A stretch of DNA of 64,000 nucleotides, from positions 112,096,001 to 112,160,000 of the forward strand of contig OX597823.1 in assembly GCA_951406725.2 (NCBI GenBank), read 5' to 3'. The stretch comes from Octopus vulgaris (lineage: Eukaryota). The notes beneath the pieces were generated by a model. It ran no database searches. It saw nothing but the letters and a program-made list of their open reading frames with translations, and was not told the origin of the DNA. Position numbers and translations under genes: made by a program. Shown here piece by piece: positions 63,946-64,000 of the stretch (position 1 is the stretch's first letter; each line of letters starts with the position of its first letter).

Positions 63946-64000
63946 TTGAAGTATTTATCAAGAAAACAATCTGAAAGCTTTTTTCTCCATAGCCCAGGTT

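Overview
AT-rich, gene-poor eukaryotic DNA. The SINE/LINE repertoire and the extreme microsatellite load point to a coleoid cephalopod, probably Octopus (inference). I can support no intact host protein-coding gene; nearly all listed ORFs are microsatellite translations or transposon debris. The window is a mosaic of (TA)n/(CA)n/(AAT)n/(ACC)n/(ATC)n tracts, several tRNA-derived SINE families, many 5'-truncated RTE-type LINE 3' ends with (GAT)n tails, decayed RTE and L1/Tx1-like ORFs, mariner and maT-type transposase remnants, TTAA (piggyBac-type) and TA (pogo-type) MITEs, a non-autonomous Helitron and a solo LTR. The most interesting signal is not in the ORF track. About a dozen type-I hammerhead ribozyme motifs, from roughly seven sequence families, sit in 150-700 bp elements that mostly lie in (TA)n tracts. 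Several elements are fold-back pairs with a ribozyme on each strand. The motifs include core variants (U3-A8 covariation, C4, an extra A after the core) and palindromic minimal stem III, and some copies are decayed. A Penelope-type RT fragment lies next to one fold-back, so these read as Penelope-like pLTR or retrozyme-like mini-elements. One isolated pre-miRNA-like hairpin was also seen. Coordinates were read by eye and element boundaries are approximate.
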